Of a stretch of DNA of 64,000 nucleotides, positions 50,721 through 64,000 are shown one piece after another. Both the position numbers and the translations under genes were made by a program. Every line of letters starts with the position of its first letter. The first letter of the stretch is position 1. The stretch is taken from the NCBI GenBank assembly GCA_003427395.1, contig BFEA01000008.1, forward strand, positions 2,174,336-2,238,335, in the 5' to 3' direction. The DNA is from Chara braunii (Eukaryota; Plantae; Charophyceae). The notes beneath the pieces were generated by a model. That model was given only the letters and a program-made list of their open reading frames with translations, had not been told where the DNA came from and ran no database searches.

Positions 50721-51703
50721 CAAGGGAGCAGCGGGGTAGGAAGCGGCATCCGGGCATCTGAGNNNNNNNNNNNNNNNNNNNNNNNNNNNNNNNNNNNNNN
50801 NNNNNNNNNNNNNNNNNNNNNNNNNNNNNNNNNNNNNNNNNNNNNNNNNNNNNNNNNNNNNNNNNNNNNNNNNNNNNNNNNNNNNNNNNNNNNNNNNNNN
50901 NNNNNNNNNNNNNNNNNNNNNNNNNNNNNNNNNNNNNNNNNNNNNNNNNNNNNNNNNNNNNNNNNNNNNNNNNNNNNNNNNNNNNNNNNNNNNNNNNNNN
51001 NNNNNNNNNNNNNNNNNNNNNNNNNNNNNNNNNNNNNNNNNNNNNNNNNNNNNNNNNNNNNNNNNNNNNNNNNNNNNNNNNNNNNNNNNNNNNNNNNNNN
51101 NNNNNNNNNNNNNNNNNNNNNNACAACAACAACAACAACAACAACGTCGACGACGGCGACGGCGGTGGCGACGACCAAGGGAGCAGCGGGGTAGGAAGCG
51201 GCATCCGGGCATCTGAGATTATCATCAGCGTGATGGGAGTGATGCTGCAAGCGGACGTGGTGGGATATGGGGTTGATATAGAGAAGCGGCTTACTGCTTT
51301 CCCTCCCCCCAACCTCGATACGGAGTTCTTCCTTGTGGTTTGGCAGAGGATAGGAGTAGGATAGCTGGGGGTGATTAATGTTGCCCGGCCTGCAATACCA
51401 ATCATCAACGGGGGGCTGAGCTTCTTGTTGGTTGGCTGTGGGCTGTTTAGGGATTAGGTAGCAGGCGGTCATTCCTTCCTTGCGCAGGGAAATAATCCAT
51501 GCCCCCTGACAGTTTCACATGATAATGCATATTGGATACTGGACTTGACGTCCAGATCATACATCTCTCATCCTTGACAGAGCTTTGCTTTTAGGCTTGA
51601 TTGATAAAAGATCATATCGTGCCTAGGGTTTAGTGACTAGACTCTGAATAAGGACATATATAAACAAGTTTCTGACTGTTGGACATAGTACACAACACGA
51701 TAT

Positions 51704-52330
51704 AGGGACGCTGGACCTGATATCCAGCAGATACAAATTACTTCATTGTGATACACATCACATCATGGTTAGGGTTTCGTTTGATTGGCTTGATGCCTCA
51801 GTTTGTTTTGGAGACTCTATAGACTAGTAGATGGATAGGGACGCTGGACCCGTTTTCCAGCACACATATTCACACTATTGCACAGGGACGCTGGACCTGA
51901 TTTCCAGCACATGCATTTTCATCATTGTACAGGGACCTTTCTCTCCCCCCTTCATTGTCATGAAATTTTCTGATGGTTTTTCTGAACGTACTCAAGGGAC
52001 GCTGGGCCCGGTTCCCAGCTCGTGCCAATTTGAGAGGATATGGTTGTATCTATGGGACGCTGGACCCGGTTTCCAGCAGGTGCTGCTCCCCACCAATAGA
52101 TGGAGCGTGTGTGCTTTAAAATAAAAAAATAAATAAATAAATAAATAAATAAAATCATTGTACAGGGACGCTGGACCCGATTTCCAGCAGGTGATGCTCC
52201 CCACCAATAGATGGAGCCTTCAAGCACGGGGCCTACTTACAGGGGATGCTCTTATCACCTCGTTAAGTAGGTTTCCCGTATACGAAGTTCAGATTAAAAA
52301 AAAAAAAAAAACAAAAAAAACAAAAAAAAA
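51704..52330 (+). repeat. Cluster of short repeats with GGGACGCTGGACCCG head, some poly(A)-tailed (SINE-like family)
   Basis: Heads at ~51704, 51838, 51884, 51996, 52054, 52165; dispersed copies near 38880, 39710, 39935, 42760, 44365-44479, 53673, 54600. Confidence 0.7.
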
Positions 52331-52730
52331 ACTGGTGCCCTTTAACAAGCCACAATTTTAGGAAATGTACCGGTCACTACAGGAGCGCCCAAATTCATCT
52401 GACTAGAAACATTTCTACTTCATTTCAGGGAGGTGGTTTAAGTTCGAGAGATCAGGGGTGTACCAGCTGAGCTAGGCCAGTACTAAGTATGGCATTCATT
52501 CATTGAATTCGAAAAAGACTCCTTGAAGAAGTTCCAAAAGGAAAAAGAAGAAAAAAAAAAAGAAACTCCTTTGTGGATGACGTGCAAAGCAGACAACACC
52601 GTGATGCAAACCCATCATGACCATCATGGTTTTCCTTAATTATATTTTTGATTTTTTTGGATGCGAAACCCCACCATGAGGATCATTTACGTACTCATGA
52701 TGGTAGTAACAATTATCACACACTGGCCCC

Positions 52731-52803
<73 letters not shown>

Positions 52804-53766
52804 CAGTCAGCAAACAATGCAGAGTACTATGCAACTCCATTCTGGCTAACAAGCAGTAAACACTCCAGTGGAAAAAAAAAAAAAAAAAAAAAAAAAACCC
52901 TAATATAATATACTAATAATTTTATAGCCGTTTTTTCTTTATCCCCTGTTTTCTCCTTCTCCCCCTGTACCCTCCCCCCACCGCCAGCCCCCCAATACCA
53001 TGTCATGTGAATGCCCTGTCTATTTTCATGATTGAGCAAATTACCAACCCCCTTTAAGTCTCATGAAGACTGGCCCATTGACTATTTTATGCTTTGATTC
53101 CTGACAGAGGGTTCCAGATTCACAGAGGTGTCCAGGTTCACAGAGGTGTCCAGGTTCACAGAGGGGTCCAGGTTCAGGATCATCGTGTCAGACCCTGACA
53201 TACGACGCTGACAGGCTTGTCTGAATCCAGACAGGCTGGAAGAGGTTGCCCTGACAGCAACCCTATCGTGTCAGCATTGTCTTTTATTCTTTGCCTGAAT
53301 ACCACTCCTTTCTTTTTTTTTTTCCTTTTTTTTTTTTCTCCTTTTTCAAAATCACTCTTCGATAATGATGTCAGCAAGATTCCAGTCCATGCTCTGATGC
53401 ACTCCGTCCAGGTTCATGCCCCCATCGCGGTGGCCAAACAAAGTTACTCAAAAGCCAGACTGTGCTATTGTTTCAGTGTTTGAGTGATCCGTGGTCACAA
53501 TAAGGTTGGTGTGCCGTGCCTAGTTAGATGGTGTTTTCCTGGACATTTTCACTTTTCCTTNTGTTTACAAGAACGACAACGTCAGTAGGTCAGTAGGNTG
53601 GCAGCTTCCTGAGCCTGCGTCGTGGTAGCCAGAGGATACAGTTCAGTTCTTGGAAACTCTTTTATGATGTAAGGGATGCCGGACCCGTTTTCCGGCTTGT
53701 ATAATTCAAAAGCGGTCGCTGTGTGAACCAGGCCGGAGCGCCTGGATCACACGGCACTGGCCGCCC

Positions 53767-53801
<35 letters not shown>

Positions 53802-56776
53802 GCAAAATTTAATGCTCAGACAGTTTCAGATCCCCTGTATCTATGAACCTTATAATGCCTCTCCTTGGTGTGCGTAATCAAATGAGCTGAGTCTTTTGTG
53901 AAAAAAAAAAAACAAACAAACTCATAACGAGGCAAGAGCGAGGTAGCAGCCGGGGGAAGAAGACGAAGAAACGACAGACAAAAGGACAAAAATTTACAGA
54001 CCAAGAAGCAATGTTGCAGTCATCAAGTTCCATTGGGATTTGAACCTGGGTCTGTACTTCAACTGTTGCAGCTAATGGGTGTGCGGACTGAGGGCCTCGC
54101 CACACAGCCTGTCGAAACGCGAAAACGACAAAAATGTGGCAGGTGCATCTGGCCATGTTCTAGCGTGAAGTTCATTCTCGTTTTGCACATTTCCACAGCC
54201 TGTGTGGCGAGGCCCTGAGTCACTGAGATAGGCTCACAGGCATGATTTTTTAACCAATCATCAAACCACATCAAGTTGGGACCAGGGCTAGCCCTTTAAT
54301 TTTACGGTTTTATCAGAACTAGGCTAGAGGTAAGAATGCTGGGCACGTACTTGTTGGGGCCTGGGCCCTAAGAACCGACTTAAGATTAGGCTTGGGAACT
54401 TTCTCTTAGTTTTCACGTAGGCAGGTAGTTTTTTTCTTTTTTTTTTTCGGAAAGTCGTAAATTATATTGCAAAACAAAATGGAGCGAGGCCGGGGACCTC
54501 ACAATTCAACCCGGAGTTATCCTGGCAGCCTCAGCCAGTTTCTCTTACGAGCCCAGCTCGAGATTGCTAATCCAGCTCTAACCAACAGACTATGAGTACC
54601 TGCTGAAAACCGGGTCCAGCGTCCCTTTCAAAGGCCAACTTCCCAAAAAATGCACCTTGAACCACAGAGTAAAAGGTTGAGCTACCAAGAACAGGCTAGC
54701 TCTTAGCATCCTCGTCCCCAACAGTTTATAACTACTGCAAAGAAGCTAGAACCTCCTGAAAAACAGCTGTCTGAAAACCGAGTCTGGCATCTAGTTCATA
54801 GACGCTCATGACTGTTGGGAGTAACAGTTTTCATCTGCCCAGTGTAATAAAACCTTAATCTTCCCGGGAGCTAAAACAATGTTAAGTGCCTACCAGTACC
54901 AGCCCTTCGTTGGCCTACCATAGCCAACTACAAAAACAACCCAAACTACGTTAACCATTTAGCTATTCTCAATGTGTTGTCCGGGGTAACAGAGGCCAGA
55001 AAGTCAGGCTCTGTCCAAGTTTTCTTGAAGCGAAGTGTGCCCAATCTGAGTTTCTGTTTCGATCTCTTCCATTCCGTCTAAATAGATCTGCTTAACTCAG
55101 CGCAAGGTAGGGAGATCAACACTCTAGCTACACGTTGGCTGGGTTGGTTGGGATTGGCTCCAATCAGTGAAGAAAGAGTTGGACGGTACAAAGCCTAACA
55201 AGCCGGTTGGGAAGAGAAACGTGCAGCATGTATATAAGCATACATAAGAAAAGGGCCGGCTACCTACTCTGTTAGTAAATAAAAAACGGCTAGCTAAGCT
55301 GCATAGCCTAGCAATTCCATCCGCCACAATTTAACGTCCAGCAAAGATTGCAGTGCATTCAAATAACAACACCGTAGCGAACTTGTCGATCTTGAATTTG
55401 GCAGCGCACAGGCGTACACCTCAACCTTCCATGCATGGGCGTGGCAGTAAACCTCCCATCTCACAGTGCATACACGTTCAGTATCATAACGACCCATCCA
55501 GCAGAGGACTGACCGCGGACTTTCCAGTCCAAGAGCCATTTCCTCCTCAATAGGAATACCAATAGATCGATATCACAGCGCACAGGTCCTCAGCGTCACC
55601 ACGAACAGCCCACCAAACTTCCCAGTACGATAAAAAAGAAAAGCGTAGGGGCCAGTCCACCTCCCGTCTCACCATCTTACGGTGCACAGGTTCTCATAGT
55701 GTTAAACAACGAGCCATCCAGCAGACGACTCACCACAATTTCGAGTATGATAAACATTACCACGACCCGCCAAACTTCCCAGTACGATAACGAAGAAACG
55801 CTTAGGGGGCCAGTCAACCTCCTATCTCACCGTATTACGGCGCACGAGCAGTCGGTATTAAACAACGAGCCCTTCAGCAGACGACTCACCACGAACATTC
55901 GAGTATGATAAACATTTGCCTCTCACTTTCGATACCCAAGAAACCCGAGGACAACTTTATGAACCTCGATATTGATTGAGGACACGCATCAGGACCAGTC
56001 CACGTCCCATTTCACAGCTTACAGGAGTTTAGAATCACAGCGTACCGATAACGTGCATAAGCGTCAGTCAGCTTCCCATTTCACAGCTTACCGGAGTTCC
56101 GTGACACAACGAACCATTCACCAGACGACCGACCACAAAATGTCATGTAGTATGACGATCATTCGCCACTCTAAAACCCAAAGAGACTCGAAGAAAAGAC
56201 GTTAACCTCGGTATTGGCGAGCACTCTCTGAGACATTCAATAGCCCAACAGTTCCGATACCCAAACCCCATACGCGCACTTGCTGCGTTGGAAATTGACA
56301 AGCCCTGTGCGAGAGAGACATCGTAATTGAAGCAAGCTCCTTCAAGACTCGGCAAAATCCCATGTATTTTTGGACATAAACTCGAGGTCAACGGTGTCCC
56401 ATTGACTTGAACAAATTTACGAAATCACGCGGGGTAAATCACCAGAATAAGTGAATCTACTCGAGGTAATTCACAAGAATGAGTGAATCTACCCTAGAAA
56501 CGTGCTTAGGTGCGCTGTATTTCCAACAATATCGAGAACAACACACACCCAGGGCAGAAACCTCCAACCGCGCGGAGCAAAGCACCACCGGTCTCAGTTA
56601 TGAAAGCAATCCAACCGCCCTGGAGTGGGGAGCCATAACGACGGCTCCCAAACGACAAATCTCACGTATAAAACGATCCAACCCCAGTGGTAAGTTCTTA
56701 AATAGTTGTGTATCGATAGGACGCGTGCTTAGTACCGAAATCAACGTTTGGAGGTCATGGAGAGATTAGATACAGA

Positions 56777-57015
56777 CTAGCACTTAGCAGGCATACTTCC
56801 AGAGGCATCGCTCCCACCACTACCCGTAGCTCTCCCACAGCTTCGAGAGTGCCGATGTCCGTGTAACCACACCTGCTATGCACTGGTTGATGCTATGAGC
56901 TAGCACTTAGCAAGTTAGCAGACACACTTCCAATGGCATCGCTCCCACCACTGCCCATAGCTCTCTCACAGCTTCGAGAGTGCCGATGTCCGTGTAGCCA
57001 CAACTGCTATGCACT
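56777..57015. repeat. Direct repeat x2 (spacing ~123 bp)
   Basis: CTAGCACTTAGCA...GCTTCGAGAGTGCCGATGTCCGTGT...CTGCTATGCACT. Confidence 0.85.
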
Positions 57016-59039
57016 AGTCCCCATCAGCCGTGAGCGAAGTCTCCCTGCCCCCGGGTATTCCACGGGGGAAACGCAGTAAAACCATACAGCGCGGGAGATG
57101 GTTGGCGACTTGAGAAATACAAGAAACGACGCACAACTCTGAAGGAGGACAACTTCTTCCAGCCCCTAGGTCTTCCCTAGGGGAAACGTAGTACAGTCCA
57201 TACCACGCGGAAGAAAGTAGGTATCGCCAATAGAAAGCAGCATACAACCTGCGACATTCTCCACACATCGCAAAAAAACCCAGCGACAGAGTGCGCGTTG
57301 TCGAGCGCATCGGTCCGGCACCGCACGTGGCGGCGCGGGACCCTCTCGGCCGCGTCACGCAGGAGTTGGATCAACCTCGACACGAACACGCATATGGAGC
57401 TTCCTTAGGCCGCTCCGGCCGAGTGCGCCAGTCATACCTCTCGCGAGCCCCTACGACAGGATAGGGTCTACGCGAGGTACAACTTACCCCCACCTTACGG
57501 AAGATGTCACCTCCCTTCTGTGGGCGTATCCCCGTCGAGCTACCAGTCCACAATACGAAAGCTAATCAGTTGCAATCGCAGAGGTGGACCAGCCGAGGGC
57601 GTTTCTCGTTCGCTGTAGCATAGGGGGTACGCGCGGTAATACGCCTATCGGTCCCGCACGCGAGCCGACATCTTGGGGGGCTGAAGTCCCAAGCGCGGCT
57701 CGACGCCGGTCGACTAGGACGCATCCTACACACCATGCGCACGCCACTCTACGAACACAACAAAAATAAATCACACACACACACACGCGAAACGACACAA
57801 TGTAAACAACGCGATAACGCTCCTAGCCCCTCGGTAGTCATCCCATAACTCTCCGATGCGGAATTCGGACAGGCGTCGTGCGCGAGCCTCGATATAAAAC
57901 CGTGCGGATGCAGGGCTAACTCATACCGACTCGCAACGCGAACGTACGCAAGCAAACGCAGTGATGGCGTACCATGTAGTACCCATACTCATGCGGTCCT
58001 CGTTAATCTCGAGGGTCGCGTTCGACACTCAAGTGTCGGCTGACATGCGCCTTGAGGGTTAATCTCTCGATGCTGGACAACCGCCATGCGCGGTTGAAGA
58101 CCACACACCCTCTTTTGCACCTTATGCAGAGCGGGTGGTACACAGGTCCACACCTGTGGTGGTAGTTGTCTCTCGCGGCCCTAGGGGTAAGTCCTCCCCG
58201 GACCTAGGCGAAAGTCAAGGGGTTTGACTTTGACGGCTGCCACGGACTACAACGTCCAACCATACAAACTCTAAAAAGCAAGGGTAAAAGGGGCTCTCCC
58301 TTTTCTCTCGAAACACAATTTGGTTAACCCTTATGCACAATTACCGTAGGTCTCTCAAATACTCAGGGCCCTTATAAATATATAAGGGTTAGTTATATAA
58401 GACGATCACTTCTCACAGTCACAGTGGGGCTCCTCTCAGCCATATATGTATGTAATCGCAGGCAATCGCATCCAGAATCCGAACCATAAACGCACCTGCA
58501 ATCACATCATAGATTCAATCAAAAATTCACGCACTACACGGAGTCAACTTCAACCATTCCTTGCACTCATACCCCTCGCTTTACCCATACAAGCCTCATT
58601 CGTGCAACTCTTAAATAAATACTCAGTACTTTTGTTGGATGACCATTCAATAAAGTCCGGGTGAAAACACAACGAAACAGTTCAATCACAAAGCTAAAGC
58701 CTTTAGGTTGAGTGGCAGGAGTGGATTGGAGTTGAATCGTAAACCGGCGAATCGGCAACCGACCTGTTATCAGTGATAACAGAAGGTGATCCTTGTAGGA
58801 TCAAGCTGAATCTAGTCAAGGTCCTGAATCAAATGGTCAAGAGGACATGTAACACAAGACAGATCAATCCCCAGGCTAAACCTATAAGTCCGTGGAGAAT
58901 GCAACTTCATAATACATTATTACCCAAGATCCTTCTAATTGACCAAGTCTGAGTCTACCGCTAAGCAGTGCCCAAAGCGAAGGTAGACCCTGGTGTAATC
59001 TCCCCTATACAGAGTGGACTGCCAGAATCGCCACCTGTC

Positions 59040-59620
59040 AAAATATAATCTAACTCCTCTGATTTAGGAAAATTTCGGCAGCGCTTCCCGTAGGAAAAAT
59101 GTCTTTTCAGAATTTATACAAGCCCAAATATCAACGCAGGAGTAGTCTATAACTTTGAAAAGTCACATTCTGTCTAACTCCCTGGATCAGTAAAAATTTG
59201 GGCAGCATCCCCTTTGAAATTGGGGATTTCTCAGATTTATACTAAGCCAAATTTGAACTCAGCTTCCAACCTTGAGCTCAACTTAGACAAAGTCTGGCTA
59301 GCTCCTTAGTTTTGCAAAAATTTCGGCAGCACTCCCCCTAGAAAAGTGCTCTCCCAAAATTTACACAAAGCCAAGTTTAGAACTTGAGACTAACTCTGAC
59401 ATCCCAAAACTCAATTTTGTCTAACTCCCTGAATTAGCAAACATTTGGGCAGCACTCCCTTTAGAAAAGGAGGCTTTTCAGATTTTTACTAAGTCAGATA
59501 TGACGAAAAGACAAGCTGAACTTTGACAGGTCAAAATTTATCTAACTCCTTGAATCTGTAGAAATTTCGGCATCCCTTCCCGTAGAGAAAGTAGCTTACC
59601 AGAATTTATGCAGGTCCAAG
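59040..59620. repeat. ~123-bp diverged tandem array x5
   Basis: CTAACTCCT...AAATTTCGGCAGC...CAGAATTTA units at ~59050, 59173, 59297, 59421, 59542. Confidence 0.8.
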
Positions 59621-59909
59621 TACAATAGTGAGCCTCAGAAAATGCAAAAATCGATCCAAGTAAAATAAAGTCAGCTAAGAAAATACAGGAATTGACTTAA
59701 CTCCTATCGCTCCAGCACGTGGCGAGTCTTTAAAGCAACTACCTGTCAACCTGAAACCCAGACCAAGTAGTAATCTCACCCAGCCACATGCAGGCCAAAC
59801 CACAAAGGTAAGTACTCTCACCATCCCCAAGTCAATCTAAACAAACAATAGTTCATGACCTCTCAGTGCTTTAACCCTTTATACCCAGCTTTACATAAGG
59901 CATAGGTCA

Positions 59910-60750
59910 GACCACCTGAACTTACAGAGTGCGCCCAACTTAGCCAGGCCTAAAGTCAGAATACCTAAACTTATAGAGCGTTCTGACTTTAGCCAAGTAT
60001 ACACAAACAGAGGGCACAACTACTTTTCTCTTCTTTGGGCATGTGACTAGACCACTCTAGTCGCCCTGAATTGTTTACATAGCCAAGTTATATATACCTC
60101 TCTGCACTTAGCCTTCCAAATGGACATAGGGCTGAGCCGCTCATCTTAGAATGTTGCTCAGCCTGCCCTAGTTTACCTTCAGTTATATCTCTTGATTATA
60201 CTCTCTTCGAATTACGATAAGCTATAGTCAGGCTGTCCAATCTTAATAAAATAGTAATAGAGTATATCCAAATTATAACCATTGGGTTCCAACATATGAG
60301 AGGCATTGGGTCAGACTACCTAAACTTATAGAGCGGTCTGACCCTCTGCCATGTTCGTTTCTCTCTGATCCAGTCTGTGCGAGGCAGTAGGCCAGACCAC
60401 CTAAACTTATAGAGCGGCCTGTCCCCTACCAAAATTAATCCCTCAGAATAAAACAGGAGAAGGGTCGAACCACCTAAACTTATAGAGCGGTTCAGACCTC
60501 CTCATTCAGAAACAAAAGAAACTCAGGAAAACCCAGAGAAACCAAGGCAACTCAAGGCACCAAAACTTATTGAGCGTCCTGAGTCCCTGAAAGTCAATCA
60601 CAGTCAAACTCCTCGCAAGATAGAGCAGCCAGGACACCTAAACTTATAGAGCGTCCCGACCCTCCACGCAACTCACAGCACCCGGTCTCCCCAAACTTAT
60701 GGGGACATCCCAGCCTCCAGAGCTTCAGGCTACCTAAATTTATATAGTGG
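59910..60750. repeat. Irregularly spaced ACCTAAACTTATAGAGCG motif (~9 copies)
   Basis: Seen directly, often flanked by short inverted arms (GGTCAGAC...GTCTGACC). Confidence 0.8.
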
Positions 60751-62354
60751 CCTGATGCACCATGCAAAAACAAAATAAAACAGAGCACTGGGTTTCCCCA
60801 GCCTCAGCAACCCAGTCAAACCGCACACAATACTGCCTTCCTCCCAACCTTCCCCCAGATGCAACCCCTTTTTGTTCACAATCTGCTTTCAGGCGACCAA
60901 CAACTCTGAAACTGACATTGCACACACATTCCTTTACTTAACTTGAGCTCAAGTCCTAAGAGTCAAACCAAGATCAGAGTACAGGATTCACGCAATACAC
61001 TCAGTCAAACCATAGAAGGACGTACAGATAGGGGTTATAGTTGGGTTTATAGAAGGAGTCAGGGAATTACCACTCAGTTCCCTGCCTCCAGGACTCCTCC
61101 TGAGTCCCGGCAGAGCTCCCGCAATCGGTGGGGCGAACCTCCCACATAGGCCTTGGCGCGGATTATGGGTTGCAATCCCGCCTGCCGCCTTCCTCTCAGA
61201 ACCAAAGGACCAGACTTAGAGTAAGAATGGCAGGAAGATAACGTTTGAGACTCTCAGATCCAAGAGTGGTGCTCTCAGACTCACATGAGAGGGCCTAAAA
61301 ACCTTCAGCGCTTGAGGGCCCCGTAATGGTGGCCGGATGACACAGCAGCTTGGTCAACGTCGGAGTCAAAACTATCGGAGCTAGTCCTCTGACGAACCTC
61401 CAACTCACGGCAACACCTTCCTCCCCCGACTCCGTCCACCGTCCAAGTCCAAGCGGCGCCGCGCCGCAGGCTGTAATAGTCAGCAGCCAGCCAGTTGCGG
61501 CATGCCGCAATGTACCGTAGTCAATGAGTAGGCAATGGCAATACCTCCGCAGTCAGCGATAGCTCATACGCAGTCAACAGACCCAGTCCGCGCCCCGTCC
61601 GCAGCAGCAACAACATGTCGCAACCTTGTCCTTCGCCCCCCCCTGCTCACTTGTACCCACCGAAAGCGCAGTTTGCAGCCGCATAGTGCCCGGAACCAGC
61701 CCTGCAAAAGCCAGCACCAAGTTGCAGCGAGGAGTGCTCCGGTTCTTGAATCAAAGCCAACAACCACCAACGGTTTGCAGCAGCCAGCAACAACCGCACT
61801 GCATGAAGACGCCGATCCCACAAACCGCCGATCTTGCGGGCTGCCAACCTTTGCAGACTGCTACCGAGTCCAGGTATGTACCCCTGTCCTACTCACTCTA
61901 CACCATCATGTCCCATAGTGGAACCACAGTCATATGACCCTCCCGTCCGCAGTAGACTCCGTCACCGCTGCAGCAGCTCGGCAACGAAGGCGGTCTGCGA
62001 AGCCCCCAACAGAAGGGTCGTAAAGACCACTGCAGTTTTCTATTCAGTGGCCACAACAGCCTCCCCTCTCCAACCTTTGCAGATGTCGGACACCTCTGTT
62101 GGGTCGTCTTCGGAAGGGCTCGAACCGGCGGGTCACGGGCAGAAGGACAACAGCGCGGCGTAGACAAGGTCGCTCATGCATCCAGCACAGAGCAAAACAG
62201 CACATCACGTACTCACACCACGGTTGAACACAGCAGAGTATCGGTTCCCTCCACCCCCTGAGGAAGGAGGTTGCCCTGACACACATCCGCCGTTCCCCAC
62301 AGGCGCCTGAGACGTCCCAACCCTCGCGGTCTCCTACTCCGCCCAGGTACGTGA

Positions 62355-62399
<45 letters not shown>

Positions 62400-64000
62400 N
62401 NNNNNNNNNNNNNNNNNNNNNNNNNNNNNNNNNNNNNNNNNNNNNNNNNNNNNNNNNNNNNNNNNNNNNNNNNNNNNNNNNNNNNNNNNNNNNNNNNNNN
62501 NNNNNNNNNNNNNNNNNNNNNNNNNNNNNNNNNNNNNNNNNNNNNNNNNNNNNNNNNNNNNNNNNNNNNNNNNNNNNNNNNNNNNNNNNNNNNNNNNNNN
62601 NNNNNNNNNNNNNNNNNNNNNNNNNNNNNNNNNNNNNNNNNNNNNNNNNNNNNNNNNNNTGTTCCGACAGTCAATACGGACCCGAATGAACCTGCCCGCA
62701 AATGCGGTTAGGTCCATTCCCCACTCTGGCGAAGACTACTACTCCCTCTCCCAGGCACAACTCCCACAGTGTTCCGCGCCTAATCCACTCATTCCGCTCA
62801 CAACCCGAACTCTTCATTAAATTCGCCATCCATGAAAATTTCCAAACTGTTTCTTCTCTCGCTCGATTTCGTTAAGGAACGAGCGAGTTACTCAACTTTC
62901 GATTCCCGCCATGTCTGCCTCCGTTACCCCCTGCGCACCACTTTTCTCTATTGACACCCATTCTACTCATCTACCCCCAAAGTTAACCCCGCCATTCATC
63001 TCGCAACCTCACGAAACCCCCGTCCAGCACTTTATCTCGCTAAAATCCATCGAGGATTGAGCGAGATATAGAACTGCCACTCCCGTCATCTTCACCCGCA
63101 CACCCAAAGGCACCTTGGCGCGGTTCATGTCCCGATTCACGCGCCGTACTGCCCGACCAGCCCCACTCTTCGTTCGTTGGTCTGCCGCTTGCGCCCGGCT
63201 CCCTGCCTTGTCTGCGACTCTGTGGCTCCCTACCTCCGGCCGCCCCTAGCGCAATAACCGGCCTAGGTTCAGTCGCCCTATCTCCCGCTGTCGCCTACTT
63301 CATCTCGCTGCCTCAGCCTTGCAGCGCCTGTACCTGGCGCGAATGCCCGTCCAGGTGCGTTCGCCCACTCCTGCCATCCCGTCGCCTCACTGCGCCTCAG
63401 TGCCTACGCCCTCGCCCGTTGCGCTTCCTACTCCTCCCACCTCAGCGCCTGTCTCCTTGTCAGTCCGCCCATCACTCCTCTTCGCTCGCTGTCTCCTCAC
63501 CATCTCCGACTGCACCCGGCCCATTCTCCCGCCCGGGTTCACTTCATTCTTCTTCGTGATCCCCCGCTCCCTACCTTGTTGCTCTACCTCAGACATCCGC
63601 TGCCCAGGCACGGTTGACGTCCCGAATCGTGCAGCCCGACGGCTACGGAATGCTGAGCAAGAAGCATTCGGCCGTCGGGTCATCCCCCTTCTTATACAGG
63701 TCGTCCCTTCCGCAGAGACCGTGCTAATCTCCTCTGTAGCGTTCCAATTTTGATGGATGTCCCGAAGGACTTGACCGGGGCAATGCCTCACGGCATTTCC
63801 AAAGGCCGCCCCGGCCTTCTCTCTATCATTCCAGTTTTAACGGATGTCCCGAAGGACTCAGGCAGCTGGGGCCACCCCGCCTTCTTAGTACCCCGCGGCC
63901 CTACAGACTGGCCCCGGGGTAAGCCAGAATAGGTCCGTATTTCAACAGTTCATGGGTGTGCCCCACTAAGCTTGGCTCTTAGGCCCCGGGTGTAACCACG

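Larger units (their letters stand above)
54650..64000. mobile_element. Probable retrotransposon-derived non-coding/degenerate sequence
   Basis: Long A/C-skewed tract with internal tandem arrays; no gag/pol motif, LTR pair or PBS could be confirmed. Confidence 0.3.

Noticed and set aside
49298-51217. Direct repeats flanking N-gaps (~49298-49391/50201-50295; ~50670-50762/51123-51217)
   Set aside because: Identical overlaps abutting gaps are most likely unmerged contig ends.
58410-58440. LTR boundary with PPT (minus strand GAGAGGAGCCCCAC-TGTGA)
   Set aside because: Purine tract is impure and no second LTR or PBS is identifiable in the window.

Overview
Repeat-dense eukaryotic DNA with N-gaps and no intact host gene. 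The repeat style suggests a large-genome streptophyte alga such as Chara (inference only). The first 37 kb is a four-level nest. (1) A decayed L1/Tx1-like LINE on the minus strand (~36.8 kb down to <1) is split by (2) a short hAT-like non-autonomous element (1421-27743, 8-bp TSD TTGTGAGT). That element holds (3) a ~0.85-kb foldback, whose right arm was interrupted by (4) a ~24.9-kb DNA transposon (2583-27484) with perfect 31-bp TIRs and TTTT flanks. The giant element encodes a Sola/DUF7869-like DDD transposase on the + strand. Divergently on the minus strand it carries a long pseudogenised gene with a ParB/Srx-like domain and a degenerate beta-class N6A/N4C DNA-methyltransferase-like domain, followed by a Ulp1/SENP protease exon with its catalytic triad present. 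A quasi-palindromic 24-mer (GAAGTTCG-GATCCCGG-CGAACTTC) occurs in roughly 35-40 copies throughout the element and was not seen outside it. This is the best candidate for an undescribed system. The rest of the window holds MITEs, a MULE-like element, two more LINE remnants, a poly(A)-tailed short-repeat family, microsatellites and a probable retrotransposon-derived non-coding tract. All domain calls are by-eye motif recognition, not database searches.
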